From Narcine bancroftii (taxonomy: Eukaryota), in contig NC_091479.1 of NCBI RefSeq assembly GCF_036971445.1, positions 83,204,001 through 83,268,000 of the forward strand: DNA of 64,000 nucleotides. Direction: 5' to 3'. The notes beneath the pieces were generated by a model that was not told the DNA's origin, did no database searches, and was given only the letters and a program-made list of their open reading frames with translations. Made by a program: the position numbers and the translations under genes. Shown here piece by piece: positions 47,332-60,000 of the stretch; within the stretch, counting starts at the first letter, position 1; each line of letters opens with the position of its first letter.

Positions 47332-49476
47332 CTGTAAAGCAATCGCAGACGAATTACGGTAGCACGCCAAAGTGATCTGAAATGATGCCTGGTTTCTGCA
47401 GTAAACTCAATGACAGTGGCCAACTTCGAGGAAAACGCCCTTTTCATAACCTGATCTTTTATCTGGGTTTAAAGAAAAGTCCCAGATTTGACGTTGACCG
47501 TTTCTCTATTTGACCTGCTGAGAGTTTTCTGTCGCTGTGATGATTTCTAGCATCTGAAAGTTCTTTTGATGGTCATTTATTCTCGGATTTTGCGAGTGGA
47601 GTGGACGGATCCCGGCGACTCGTCGCTCTCGCCTTCAGAGAAGCCTCACTGGGCGGATCATTTTCCAGTCTTCGTGCTGATCACGCTGATGAACAAATCT
47701 GTTGATTTCACTTAGGCGATGTATTAAATTCGTTACACTCTCCAAATGTAATTGATGAAATAACCCTGATGTTTTGTGCCATATTTAGCAGGGCAAGGGG
47801 CATTAGAAATACACCGAAGCGTAATCAATTTATGGAAGAGTTGTTGAGGAATAAATGGGGGCTGGCGCAGATAACCCGCACCAAAAGTTTCACCATTTAC
47901 TTTCAAATGGCATGAATTATAAAATGTGCTATATTTTCTATTCGTTTACATTAACATGGAAAATAGTGGCGGACTTACCTCGTGTCACGTTGAACAGTGT
48001 AAAATCAATCATTCTTCTCATTATGCAACTATCCGGACTTGGACAGTTAAGGTGAAAACAGTTAGAACCGTCCTGACTTTCGGCAAAGCTGAAGACGGCT
48101 GTGTTACATGTGGCTGCAATAAATTGAAAATCAGAACACATTAATTCGAACATTTATTCAATGTGTAGAGATGGGTTTCAAAAAGGGGGTGCCGACCAAG
48201 GGCAGGCAGCAGCAATCTCCAAGGATCCATGCTCTGTTCTCTCTGCAGTCTCGGTGCCACCAAGACTCGCCCCACCAGGTTAAGGAACAGCTGCAAACCC
48301 CCACCATCAGACTCAACAACAAACTCAATCAGGGACTCATTTACTCTTACACATAGTTTTTTTCTCTCTCTATTGCACATGCATTTATTTGTTTACGCTG
48401 CGTATAGTTTTTATTTGCACTACCATTAAGTGGAAATTATCCCTCGCTGCAGGAAACAGGTATTCTGATAATAAATCTGAAATCTGGGAGCAGTGCCTCA
48501 GCGTGATTTCGTGACGGATTGATTGTCTAAGGGCGAGCACGCCAGCGTTCAGTTATCAAGCAGCAGATGAGACTCAAAGGCGTTGCCTTAAATTGGAGAG
48601 AGGGGGATGAATTGGAGCACTGTATATGCAGAACAGTTGAAAAGTACATTCGAGCTTCAGGATCCCCCTGAATAGAAGAAAGAAGCAGTACAGCGTTACC
48701 AGTTGAATGAGAACATGCAGTGGTGAGGGGAAAGGTCGTTCGACACCTGGGCTGAGCTGAGATTGCTGGAACACAACGATCATTGTACTGAACGGGAACT
48801 AGACTCTTATTTCGTGAAACGTAATCTTTAGCCAAAATGACAGTTTTATTGATTCGCCGCTCTGCTTATTCTTTTAGTCAAAACTGCTTCTTGAGTATTT
48901 ATATTTGAGTCATTAAACTTTGAATCAAATCAGACTTCTTGGGCGACAGAATTGCCTGATACAATTTAAGTTGGGACGTTTTTTTACCAGCGGAAAAACT
49001 TGTTTTGCAACCCTGGTGATTAACTGTCTTGAGTTCTATTGAGAGAGTATCTCCTCTCGAGAACCGCCCCTTCATGTTTCCACATCCTCACTTCAGCCAC
49101 AGACGCCGAATAACCACGCGAATGAATAGTAACGATTGTTTAATCGGATTTGAAAGATCAACTAAACATGAAGCTACATCCTGATAGAAAAATCCCGGCG
49201 AGTTGCATCTTGAAGGCTGAGTGACAACGGTTCCTTCAGTCGCCTGACAAACTCACCATTCTCGAGCTGGCAGCAGGTCCTGCTGCAATGCCGAGCAGTC
49301 TTCGCGTGGTAGTAATTGACCAGGTGGGCACCCCTGCTCATGGAAAGTGGAAGGTCTATGAGTACACCAGGAAAATGTCGCAGCCAACAGTTTCTATAAA
49401 ATACTGTCGGCGAACATCGAGGAGAAGATCTCGGCAAGGCAGGAAAGGACACCAGCAGAATAAGCGTGAGGATCAT
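46697..49476 (-). CDS. MANSC4: MANSC domain-containing protein 4, spliced gene with 3 coding exons, 329 aa type I membrane protein
   Basis: Exons 49476-49257, 48113-47979, 47331-46697 join in frame (990 nt). Signal peptide, MANSC/MANEC domain (CSPTVFYRNCWLRHFPG...CSRTCC...CNTAVF...NCFHLNCP...C), S/T/P-rich stalk, TM segment, basic tail. Lies between MRPS35 and KLHL42 as in human. Confidence 0.92.
47979..48113 (-). CDS. MANSC4: MANSC4 second coding exon
   Basis: attgcag|ATCNTAVFSFAESQDGSNCFHLNCPSPDSCIMRRMIDFTLFNVTR|gtaagt; 135 nt, phase 1-1. Confidence 0.92.
48160..48485 (+). mobile_element. Rex/Babar-like 3' tail in MANSC4 intron
   Basis: Reverse-similar to 10000-10400 and 53200-53660; ends aataaatctgaaatctg. 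Confidence 0.65.
49257..49476 (-). CDS. MANSC4: MANSC4 first coding exon
   Basis: ggccATGa; MILTLILLVSFPALPRSSPRCSPTVFYRNCWLRHFPG...CCQLEN; donor G|gtgagt. Confidence 0.9.
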
Positions 49477-51971
49477 GGCCAGAGAGTGATCCTGCGTGAC
49501 CGTGCAGTCTTGTCGTTCTTGCACAAGCTCCTCTCAAGATGAGATGCGACTTCTGCGTCAGAAATGAGCATGTTCGCCATGGCGTGGCTTCAAGATTTTA
49601 ATTACGACAGGAAAAAGTGGGAGGGACCACATTTGCTAATATTGTTGGCAGAATTAATTCTTCATTTTACAGTTGTGGCAGATGAGTCTGTCACATTAAT
49701 CTATGACCTGTGACCGTTCTTTATTCGAACAAACTTTACATGAAAAGTTCAGACTGGAAATGGTTCATAACTGTTAACGTAAATCTGTCTGAAGCCTATC
49801 GATCGTTTTTCTTGGAGCATACCTTTACAAAAAAAATTCGAACAAAAATCAAAGATCAACTGATGTCAAGGAATTGGTGAATTATTCTGCAGCATCAGGT
49901 TTTTCTGCCAGCCCCGTTACTATCATCCTTTATAGAGAGTGAGCTTTGTTGACGTGGTTACAAAGGTACTGCTTCCATATATTATTTCGGTTGTGGGTGA
50001 GGTTGCTAATGTGTACTGAGTTCATGAGGTGTTACGCTAAAACGTACAAAGTCAGATATATTCAGACAAACACTTGAACAAAAATCGGTGAGCTAATAGC
50101 AAATACTTTTAGAGATAATTTCTATACACGTGACTGCATAATCCAGCGAGGCATGCCATTGCTGACAAATGGACACGAATATCCCCCAAATGAATAGTCA
50201 CACCGAATTCACTGGAGAACACGTCGAGCGAGGCTTTCATTGCACCTTTTAAAAAGGGCAAACAATTTGTCAACACTTGGCAAAGCTGAATGAAGGCATT
50301 GTTTTCAATTGGAACCAAATTGCTACATCAGATGTATTTTAATTCTGAACAGATTGCATCCATGAGCTTAAAAAAAAATGCAAGACCTCTTTATACCAAT
50401 GCAACATGAACACGAAGAATTCTATCGGATTCCTACAAGATTCTTTTCCTCGAAGGACACTTTCTTATTTAGAGCGCTGTACCGTGAGTGAAAGCTAATC
50501 TTCTTCTCACTGTTGATTTTTGGTGACTTCAACATATCATAAATATTTCTTTCTATCTGCTTTAAATAGGTTAAGCGATCAACAGCATCTGAGCTGAGAA
50601 TATCATATATGCGTGGTTCATTACTTTGTATAAGGAAAAGCATGTTGAATTTATATCTTGCCAACTGGATTGCATACTGCATGAAAGAAATGTATTTGGA
50701 TGCAATGACTATAAATCATATGTTATAATTCAGAAAAAAAAGTAATTGATATTCTGGCAGCTGAAGCCAAGTATGTTATTCTGGTATACTGTTTCACTAG
50801 ATAAGATATGTGCTGAAGAATAGATCATTGTACACCCACTATTAATAATAAATATTTGCAGCCAAGGTAAATTGGGGACATTTTTTGCTTTAAAAGGTTT
50901 TATGTTTATTTCACATCAAATATTAACAATTAACAAAGATTCTTTTTGGTTCTTTCAACTTGTCCCATTCAGGCGCTGCTGATTTGTATGATCAACTTAT
51001 TTCCCAATAAATAAATTCCCCAGTGGGTAAAAATAGAGGAAAACTCTTATACAGGGATACATATGTATGGGATAGCTACATATGGGGATATTGAAGAAAT
51101 AGTTTAAAATATCCCACTGGCTTCCAGCTCACAGAAAAGGTTAACCAGCAAGGAGACTGCAAAAAGTAGCAATTCCTGTGATTTCTGGTTCACTTGCATC
51201 CTTTTAGGAATTTTGATTTTCTTTTATTTTTAATAAGATTTCTTCACCTAAGCTCACCCAAATGCCTTCTGCAGATTAGTAATGGATTCTTATTCTGTTC
51301 TTTTTATTTCTGGCAGCATATTTCAGTGGTCAATGACTCTGCATTTAGAGGGAGACATTGCATGTTCATGACTGTGTATTTTAAAATCACAATGTGCAAT
51401 TAACATATGCCTTTTTGTTTGCTGGTAGATGAATGTTATGTTTCCATGTTATTATCATGGTTTCAAGATCCAGCCAGCATTAATCACATGGTCTTAATGT
51501 TTTTGCACGGGATCTTATTTCATGGCTACACTACTTGAGCTATGTAACTCTGGAGTAAGCTATGTCTACGTTTCTTAACAGGAAGTCATATCACCTTCAA
51601 CCATTGGAGGAAAATGTGGTGAAATCTTTAGGTGTTCACGTAGATAGAATGAAGAGAGTCTATTCTTAAGGGCTCAGGATTAAGTTGGAATAGTAAGCGG
51701 GCCATACTCAGGGTCAATGCCAGAAGTAAAAAGTGGATAGACACATTGCCACAAAGTGCTAAATGACCACATGGCCATGGCTGAGATCAGTGAACTCTGT
51801 TAAAATCTTTTTGTTAAAATAGCCACATGCTCATCTCAGAGCAATCTACAAACTCATTACTTCTTTGCACCGGTCTTTATTAATGGGGACTCCTTCCTAA
51901 TATGCCTCACCACATTCTCACAACCATATCTCTTTTGCAAGCCTTACAGTTTACACACACTGCCAGAAACT

Positions 51972-52455
51972 ACAGGAAGGATATCAATAAGATAGAATGA
52001 TTGCAGAGAAGATTGACAGGGAAAGGTTGTGCAGACTGGGGCTTTTTTCTCTGGAGCGTGGAGGATTGAGGGGGGACTTGATCGAGGTGTTTGGGATTTT
52101 AAAAGGGACAGACAGAGTAAATGTGGATAGGCTTTTTCAATTAAGAGTGGGGGAGATTCAAACTAGAGGGCATGGTTTGAGATTGAAGGGCGAAAATTAT
52201 AAGGGGAACATGAGGGGAAATTTCTTTACGCAAAGGGTGGTAGGGATGTGGAATGAGCTTCCGGCAGACGTGGTTGAGGCGGGATCATTGGTTTCATTTA
52301 AGGAAAGACTGGATCGTTACATGGAGAGGAGAGGACTGGAGGGGTATGGACCGGGTGCTGGTCAGTGGGACTAGGAGGGTGGAGATTTGTTACGGCATGG
52401 ACAAGTAGGGCCGAACTGGCCTGTTCTGTGCTGTAAGTGTTATATGGTTATATAA
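51972..52455 (+). mobile_element. Young CR1 LINE 3' end
   Basis: Intact ORF 51997-52374 LGLFSLERGGLRGDLIEVF...TRGHGLRL...FFTQRVVGMWNELP...FKERLDRYM; CR1 hairpin and (ggttatat)-type tail. Confidence 0.92.
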
Positions 52456-53199
52456 TCAACCAAGGCAGCTGCACCAGTCAAGCTCTTATTGGAGGGAACA
52501 GGCAGAAAGCCAGTTTGCATCTTTCTATTCACAGGCCTAGAGTAGGAGAGCACAGGTATTGCCACAGAATCTGTGGCCAGCAGAGAGGGCAAAGATAATT
52601 AAAAATAGCAGCATGCTCAAACATCCTTCATCTCACACTGCCCCTTCCCCACCTTTGCTTTTATTGCATAAGCACTTCAGATTTGCATAATTCAGGCAGT
52701 ATATCCACAACCTTCTCTCCTCACTATGACTTCCCCGGGTGTCATTTATCTTTGATAATCAGAGCTTCCATTTGGTCAAGTGATTTCTTGGGCAGCTGAA
52801 TGGATTCAATTGTCCTGATGGGTTATACATTACAAATGCCTGCATCCAGAGCAGAGGGAAAAGTATTCCAAGTGTCTCATCCCTGAACACTAAGTTCACA
52901 GTTGAATTCTATTCCAAAGAATTTCAGTGACCATCATCATTCATAGTCAAAATGCAAGGACTATTGAATAGTCTCATCAATAAGGTCAGGACATTGGTAG
53001 TCCTGCGTGAATTGTCAAGGAAGATATCCTACTTTAGACTTACTTGTTACTTTACAGCTCAGTCTTACTGCAATTAAGATGGAGGGCAACTTCATTTTAA
53101 CGTTAGCAGATCCATTTATCACAAAGCACCTGACTATTTCATTTATTATCTCAGCTTTTACTGAACATAAGCAGAAACCAACCAATGCTACAAATGCTC

Positions 53200-54630
53200 A
53201 AAGTTCAGATTTATTGTCAGAGTATATTCATGACATCACATACAATCCTGAGATTCTTTTTCCTTCAAGCCAGGAAAAATTTCTACTTATTGGTAACTGT
53301 ACAGTGTACTGAAAAAAATACATATATTATTCAAGATTCCATTTATTGCCATAATAATAAAACTGTCCTATTACATGAAATTCCCTTTTACCTGCTGCAA
53401 GACAGATATGCCACAAAGAGAGAAATGTAAACCAACTGTGTAATACAGAAAAAAAATCAGTAATAAATAATGTGCAAAGTAAGAATCCTTAAATGAGTAT
53501 CAGATTGAGTTTGTTGTTGAGGTGACTGATGCTGGAGGGGTAGCTACTGTTTCCAAACTTGGTGGTACAAGTCTTATGGCACCTCTACCTCTTTCCTGTT
53601 GGCAGTGGCGAGAACAGAGCATGTCATGGGTGCAGTTCATTTTTGATGATTACTGCTGCCCTCCAATGGCAGCTTTCCATGTATTGCAGATTTTTTTTAT
53701 CGATAGTGTATAGAATTTCGCCTGTGATGGGCTGTGTCCAATACCTTTTGCAGCGCTTTCTGCTCAGAGGTATTGGTGCCTGCACGCCAGGCTGTGATGG
53801 AGCCAGTCAGCACGCTTCCCATTAGAAGTTTGACAAGGTTTCCAATGTCAAGCAAAACCTCCACCAATCCTGAGGAATTAGAGGTGCTGACATGCTTATT
53901 TTATGATGGCATTAGCATGTTGAGTCCAGAAAAGGATCTCCAAAATAGTGACTCCCAGGAATTTAAATTTTCTCACCCACTCCACCTCGTATTCTCCCAA
54001 TGATCACTGGATCATACACCTCCAGTTTTCCCCTGCTGAAGTCTGCAATCAGCTCTTTGGTTTTGGTGACATTGATTGCGAGGTTGCTTTGAGCCAAGTT
54101 TTCAATCTACCTCCTGTATGCTGACTCATTGCCCCTTCTGTATAATCCACTACCGTGGTATTATCAGCAAATGTGTTGTGGTGGTGTACTGAGCCACACA
54201 GTCATAGGTGTAAAGCGAAAAGAGCAGGGGGCTATGGTGCTCCAGTACTGATGAAGATTGTAAATGAGATGTTCATGCCATTTTGCACTAATTATGGTCT
54301 GGAAGTGAAGAAATTCAGGATCCAATCACATAGTGGGGTATTGAGGCCCAGGTCTTGAAATCTGCTGACCAGTTTTGACATGATGATGGTATTCATTGCC
54401 AAACTGTAATCAATAAAGACCATCCTGATGTATGCGTCTTTGCCGTCCACGTGTTCCATGATTTTGCGTAGAGCTGGGAAGATGATATCTGCTGTGGACC
54501 TGTTGTTGCAGTAGGCAAACTGGAAAGGAACCCTGTCATTGCTCAGACAGGAGCAGACAGGCTGCGTCAAACGCAGCCTCTCAAAACACTTCATCACTGT
54601 TGATATAAGTGTAATTGGTCGATGATCATT
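53200..54630 (-). mobile_element. Rex/Babar-like LINE RT and 3' end
   Basis: MMKCFERL...QFAY..NRSTAD...YIRMVFIDYSLAMNTI...LCDWILNF (ORF 54292-54597). Confidence 0.88.
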
Positions 54631-55139
54631 TAGACAGAAACAGGCTTCTGATATGCAAGCTGAAACTTGGGGGTTTTGAGGATGATGTGGGACTCTCTCA
54701 ATATGTTATTCAGCAGATCATTAGGATTACTGAGCCAGAAACCACCCCAAGGAGTGGCTGTGACATCTCTCCCAGGATGAAGCATTTGGAATAAATTGTC
54801 ATCAATCACTGAGACACAATCTATCTTTTGCAATACTTATGGCAAGGTGATGAGGTCCAAATCTGGACCATTTATCTCCAGAGGTGTTCAAGATATATCA
54901 ACTGGATCATCCACAGTTTCCACCAGTTCAAACAGGAGGCATTCAAGCAGGTTTACTGCAACCATTGAGAAAGGACAATATATCATAGACTGTTAAACTT
55001 TTCAGGCTTTATGATTCAAATCAAGCTCCTCACTGGAACTCCTCCTTTTCCACCTTTACTCCTTCCCACTTCTTCTTCACCCCTGCCTACAAAGGCTGTG
55101 TCTACATGATGGCAAGGGTGAGGAGGGAGCAATAAGCTG

Positions 55140-55690
55140 CCTCTTAGGAGCAATAATATATTGAGGGACACTGGAGTCCAAGTGCATAAGGTCCCAGAAA
55201 ATGGCAGCACACATAAGTAGGATGGTAAAGAAGGTGTGTGCTATATTTGCTTTTAATCATTCAGGACATTGAGTATAAAAGTTGGCAAGTCGTTTTGCAG
55301 GTGTATAAATCTTTGTTTCGGCCTTATTTTGGGCAGTTCTGGTCGCATCTTAATGCTGACCTCGCAGAAGTATATAAAATTATGAAAGATAGGTTAGGTA
55401 ATCACAGTCTTCTTCCCCCGGGTGGAAATGTCAAGTACTCGAGGGCATAAATTTAATGTGAAATGGGGTAACGTTTAAAAGAGATTTGTGAGGTAAGTTT
55501 TATACATGTGGAGTGGAAGGGGCTTGGAACGCCCTTGCTCGAAGCGTATACTATGGCAATATTTAAGAAGCTTTTGAACAGGCGTGTGAATAGATGGGAG
55601 TGAAGGGATCTGAACTACTGATCGGCAGATAGAATTAGCTTAAACTGCCATCATTTGTTGGCACAGCCACCGTGTTCCTGTGCTGTATTA
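55140..55690 (+). mobile_element. Degraded CR1 3' fragment
   Basis: IEYKSWQVVLQVYKSLFRPY..QFWSH (ORF 55238-55450); CR1-like tail. Confidence 0.75.
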
Positions 55691-55899
55691 AAGATCCAGT
55701 GTTACTCGTTTCATTCTTGTATCTCAGGATGCTCCTGGCTGAATGGGCCATGTGTTGAATTCGAATAATTACTTTTTTAAAAAAAGTGTTAACAAATCTT
55801 TCTGTTCTTGATGGATCATTCTTATTTTAACCCTTAACATTTAATTAAAACTAGATTTGAAAAGCACCATCTTTAGAAGTGGCCAGCACCACCTCTGCA

Positions 55900-56273
55900 A
55901 GACAACCTGCACCATCAGTTAGGGCGCCTCTGAAATGGTGAGGGGGTTGAGCAAAGCAACTTGGGCGGTCGGTGATTGGTTGTCGAAAGCGGAAGGAGAA
56001 GTGACGAGTTTGGCAGGAGCTGGGGTGGGGGGGGAAAGGAACGGTATTCGGAGAAGTTTTTTTCGGAAATCCCTCGGAGACGGGACGAGGAGGGAGGCCA
56101 CGCGATTCTGCAGGGAGACGCATCGGAGCACCTCAAATCACTGCAACCCATCCCCTGCTTCAAGTCGGCCCCTTCGTGCAAGGTGGAGACCAACCAGCGC
56201 GTTCATCTGGATTCATGCAACTCAAAGCCGAGGGGAAGAACGATTGCACGGCGGAGCATTCCACCCGGATACC
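55900..56273. promoter_or_regulatory. CpG-rich promoter of KLHL42, possibly shared with the divergent MANSC4
   Basis: GC box GGGCGG 55963-55968, reverse CCAAT (ATTGG) 55975-55979, CRE half-site TGACG near 56002, CpG-rich. Confidence 0.6.
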
Positions 56274-57034
56274 ATGTCCTCCGACCAAATCATTACGATC
56301 TCGATAGAGGACAAGATGTATCAAGTCAGCAAACGCAAGCTCATTGAGAAAAGCGACTACTTCAGAGCTCTTTATGAGTCGGGAATGAAGGAATCCGAAG
56401 AGGATTCGGTTCAGTTGCAGGGCTTGAGTGTTCAGGGTCTGGAGCTCGTCATTAAATTCATTAACACGTCTGAGGTGCATTTTGAGAACGACACTTTGGA
56501 AGATTTGGTGGAAACAGCATCTTTTCTCCAAGTGACTTCCATATTGAAGCTCCTTCTGTCAGAGATCAAGGCGGACAACTGTGTAGAGTTGTATAAACTT
56601 GCTGAAATTTATGGGATCAGTGATCTGATGAGTGGTACTCTCAGGTTTATGGCGGGTCACTATCACCCAATGCTCAGGAGACAAGAATTCAGGCACCTGC
56701 CGAACGCTTTGCGTCTCCAGGTTAAGGAGATGCGTTTTAAGGGCACAGCTGTGTTGCTGGCAGTTGGGGATTTCTTCAGCGCCTCCTTAGACCTGAGTCC
56801 TGATGAGCCATGGTCAATGTTGAGATATGATGAGGATGCCCAGAGGTGGTTTCCCCTGGCAAACAGCCTTCCCCCTGACATAATGAACGTGAGGGATTAT
56901 GGCTCAACGGTGTTAAACAATTACCTTTTTATTGTGGGTGGATACAGGATGACTAGTCAAGAAATTGCAGCGGCACATTGCTACAATCCTTGCAAAAATG
57001 AATGGAATCAGATTTCGCCAATGAATCAGAAAAG
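56274..57034 (+). CDS. KLHL42: KLHL42 exon 1 (BTB, BACK, first kelch repeats)
   Basis: accATGt start; ends ...MNQK-AG|gttctc, phase 2 matching exon 2. Confidence 0.9.
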
Positions 57035-60000
57035 GTTCTCGAATTATATAGATATATTCTCACCTCTTGATAATACCTGTATTTGAAATGCTTTCCCACT
57101 CCATCTCCGCTCAAGAATCACTTTTATGATACTTTGTTTTATATAGCATGCTCAACATTTACATTACTCAATTTTAATATTACCATCCAATAACATTTCT
57201 GAAAATAATTGTGGTATAAAAATGACATTTTTACACATTCTAGTCATCAAGAAGGGTTTATCATTCAAGATGCTTACTACACAGCCCGTTCGTTCTAACC
57301 CTAATGCTAAATACAATACTTACAAAGTTAATTGAAGGAAGTATTTTTAAAGTTATTTAAATTGTTTAAATTTTTTGTGACGACTGTTTGATTTTTTTTA
57401 CTGTTAGTTTAACCCAGTAGTTCTCAACCTTTTCCTTAGATTCTAAGGTATCCTATGCCATATGTGCTCTGTGGTAGTAAGGGATTACTTAAGGTGATAT
57501 GCAAGTAGAAAAAAGATTAAGAACCATTAGTAATCTATTTTTTTAAATTATCCCTCTGCCCTCAACAGAATTTCAGAACATTGAGATAATTTTTGTTTTA
57601 GTGGATTACTTTTTCCATCCTTGTTTTTGCCTCAAATGTACATGAATCTTAATACTTCAGTGTATATAAGAACATTTTAATTTTATTCTAATATGAGCAT
57701 GTATTTTCCAAGTCAAGTATATGCCAGAAATCACAACGCTGGAGAAACTCAGCAGGTCCATCAGCGTACTTTATATAGTATAGAAAAAGATACATCACCA
57801 ATGTTTCGGGCTTGAGCCCTTCATCAAGGTATGAACAAAATGTAGGCAGGTGTCTGAATAAACTGGTGGAGGGAGAGGCGGGGGCACAGGCCCACAGGTA
57901 AGAGGTGGATGAGGGAGGGAGGGCACAACAGCAAGCAGGGGAGGGGGATGGCTCTGTGAATGGAGAAGTAAGGGGGTTGAGAGCTGAAGGAAAGGAGTCA
58001 GGGGATAGGGAAGAGAGGGAGAATAGGGAGTGGGCCTGCAGAAACTGGAGAAGTCCATGTTAATGTCATCCAGTTAGAGAGTGCCCAGATGGGATATTAG
58101 GTGTTGCTCCAATTTTTGGCAATGCATTAGGTCATGGACAGTAATGTCGGCTAAGGAGTGGGTGCAGAATTCAAATGGTTGGCTGCTGTGAGATCTCTGG
58201 CATTGATGTGGACAGAGTCAAGGTGCTCAGCAGAGTAATCTCCCAGTCTGCATCCAGCCTATCTGATGTAGAGAAGGCCACAACAGGAGCATTGGATGCA
58301 GTAGATAACTCCCTCAGAATAACGTGAAGAGTTGATCACTTGGAAGGGCTGTGGCTCCGATTGTTGGTGAGGGAGGAGGTGTGGGTGTGTGTGTGTGACA
58401 CTTCCTGAGGTCACAATGGAAGGTGCCAAGGGGCAGATTAGTGGAAAGTGATGAGTGGATGAGGGAGTCACGGAGGGAGCAGTCCCTTCGAAAGGTGAAG
58501 AGGGAAGGAGAGGGGAAGATGTATCTGGTGGCGGGATCCTGTTGTAGTTGATGGAAATTGCAGAGGATAATGTGGAGGCTGGTAGGGTGGTAGGTGGGGA
58601 CAAGGGGAATCCTGTTTTTGTTGCGTCTGGGGGTAGAGGTGGCCAGGGCAGCTGTGTGGGAAATGGAGGAGATATGGGTAAGGGCTGAGTTGATGGTGGT
58701 TTTTTGAAGAAGGAGGTCATCTTGGGATGATCTGGTCAGGAAGACCTTATCTTAGGAGCAGATGAGGCAGAGGAATTGAGAGAAAGGAATAGAATCTTTT
58801 GAAGGAACTGGGTGTGTAGAAGTGTAGTCAAGGTTGTTGTGGAAGTTGGGATTTGTAAAAAAAAAATTAAAAAGTTGGCCTCCTGAGATGGAAACCGAGA
58901 GATCAAAAGGGGAGAGTGTCGCCAAAGATGGACCAAGTGAATTTGAGGTCAGGGTGAAATTTAGCAGCAAAGTGACTAAACCTGATGTACATGAGGCAGC
59001 ACCAATGTAGTCATCAGTGTAGCAGAGGAAGAGTTGAGGAGCCTTGCCTGTGTAGGCTTGTAGCATAGATTGCTCCAAAAAGCCTACAAAAAGGCAGGCA
59101 AAGCTGGGACCCATGTGGGTACGCATGGCTACACTGATCTAGAGAAAGTGGGATGAGTCAAAGGAGAAGTGAGGGTGAGTACATTCTGCCAGGCCAAGAA
59201 GGGTGGTGGTAGAGGGAGACTAGTTCGGTATGTTAAGAAAGAAATAAAGGGCTTTGAGATCTGTATGGGGGGGGGAAGGGTGGAAGTGTAGGGAGTTTGG
59301 ATGTCCATTAATGAAAATGAGGCAGTCAAATGAGGCTATTTCACCTGCTGAGTTTTTCCAGCATTGTGTTTTTACTTGAATCACTGCATCTGTAGAATTC
59401 CAGTATATCCCAAACAACATTCCAATTCTCTTTGTCTTTTAAACTATTATGACGAGCACATATATTTTAAGCAGAAACCAATTTATTCTCAAGGAATTCC
59501 TTCAGTTTTTCTCCCTCACGTGTACTGGAACCCAAAGGCCTAAAGTTTCAGATAAGAACAAAGGCAACAAGTTATTTTTGGCTGTGGTTTGAAAGTATCT
59601 GGAGTATGGGCACAATGGATATGGGTGTACCAAGATTGGATGGTATACAGCAGACGAACAGTCATCACTGCAGTGGATGTTGAGCAAGGGACTGGACTGA
59701 TCACCCTAAATTATTTTCTAAATTGTCTTTCGTGGCATTTCTCCAGGGTCTTTGTGACAGTTTGGTTTTTTAACAATGTAAAATGTATATTGAACCTGGT
59801 GCGCTTGAGTTTGTTAATGCACAAAAAAGGAAGGGCTCAGGCCCGAAATGTTAGTTAAATATCTTTACCTCCTATCTTCTGGTTATCCATCCCTTAGGTA
59901 TTCATCGCTTGCATAATTTTTCTGTTTCAGATCGAATTTTAAGCTTCTGGCTGTAAGTGGGAAATTGTATGCCGTAGGTGGTCAATCACTTTGCAATGTT

